This document shows, piece by piece, positions 63,664-64,000 of a DNA stretch of 64,000 nucleotides (position 1 is its first letter; every line of letters begins with the position of its first letter). The translations under genes were made by a program, and so were the position numbers. This stretch comes from Ostrea edulis (lineage: Eukaryota). The notes under the pieces were generated by a model. That model saw only the letters and a list, made by a program, of their open reading frames with translations. It was not told the DNA's origin and ran no database searches. The stretch is from positions 13,826,001 through 13,890,000 of the forward strand of contig NC_079167.1 of the NCBI RefSeq assembly GCF_947568905.1, written 5' to 3'.

Positions 63664-63927
63664 ATTACCGTAGATATCATGTAAATATAGCTAGGAATAA
63701 GCATCTATTACCGTAGATATCATGTAAATATAGCTAGGAATAAGCATCTATTACCGTAGATATCATGTAAATATAGCTAGGAATAGGCATCTATTACCGT
63801 AGATGTCATGTAAATATAGCTAGGAATAAGCATCTATTACCGTAGATATCATGTAAATATAGCTAGGAATAAGCATCTATTACCGTAGATATCATGTAAA
63901 TATAGCTAGGAATAAGCATCTATTACC
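63664..63927. repeat. 43-bp minisatellite, ~6 copies
   Basis: Unit ATTACCGTAGATATCATGTAAATATAGCTAGGAATAAGCATCT. Confidence 0.92.
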
Positions 63928-64000
63928 TTTATGCACTTCATCACTACTACTTCCGTCCATTACTACATCATATGTCTATATTTTAATTCAAGTAATTATG

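Overview
AT-rich, intron-rich animal genomic DNA. The repeat landscape points to a bivalve mollusc, probably an oyster (inference). Most short ORFs in the supplied track are spurious, so I built gene models by hand from splice sites and frame continuity. Six protein-coding loci: (1) NF-YC on the minus strand, running off the window start; (2) MED8, head-to-head with NF-YC across a CCAAT-rich promoter and needing one GC-AG intron; (3, 4) two tandem paralogues with a coiled coil plus two death-fold (CARD-like) domains, the second carrying a +1 frameshift; (5) a 22-exon, ~1580-aa Delta/Serrate-like type I membrane protein (signal peptide, MNNL/C2, DSL, ~9 EGF, mucin, six two-exon repeat modules, TM, short tail); (6) the 5' part of an ependymin/LolA-like secreted protein gene. 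Intron 2 of the second CARD-like gene holds two divergent Penelope-like retroelements in opposite orientation. Each ends in paired TGACGTCA palindromes, a minimal hammerhead ribozyme and (TA)n, and the longer one has a U UUU UUA slippery site joining ORF1 to the RT frame. Other mobile DNA includes Kolobok-like and IS3EU-like non-autonomous elements with readable TSDs, Helentron-like elements with internal satellites, three unrelated hairpin elements of shared architecture, tRNA-derived SINEs, a degenerate mariner and several minisatellites. No database searches were run; family names rest on motif recognition.
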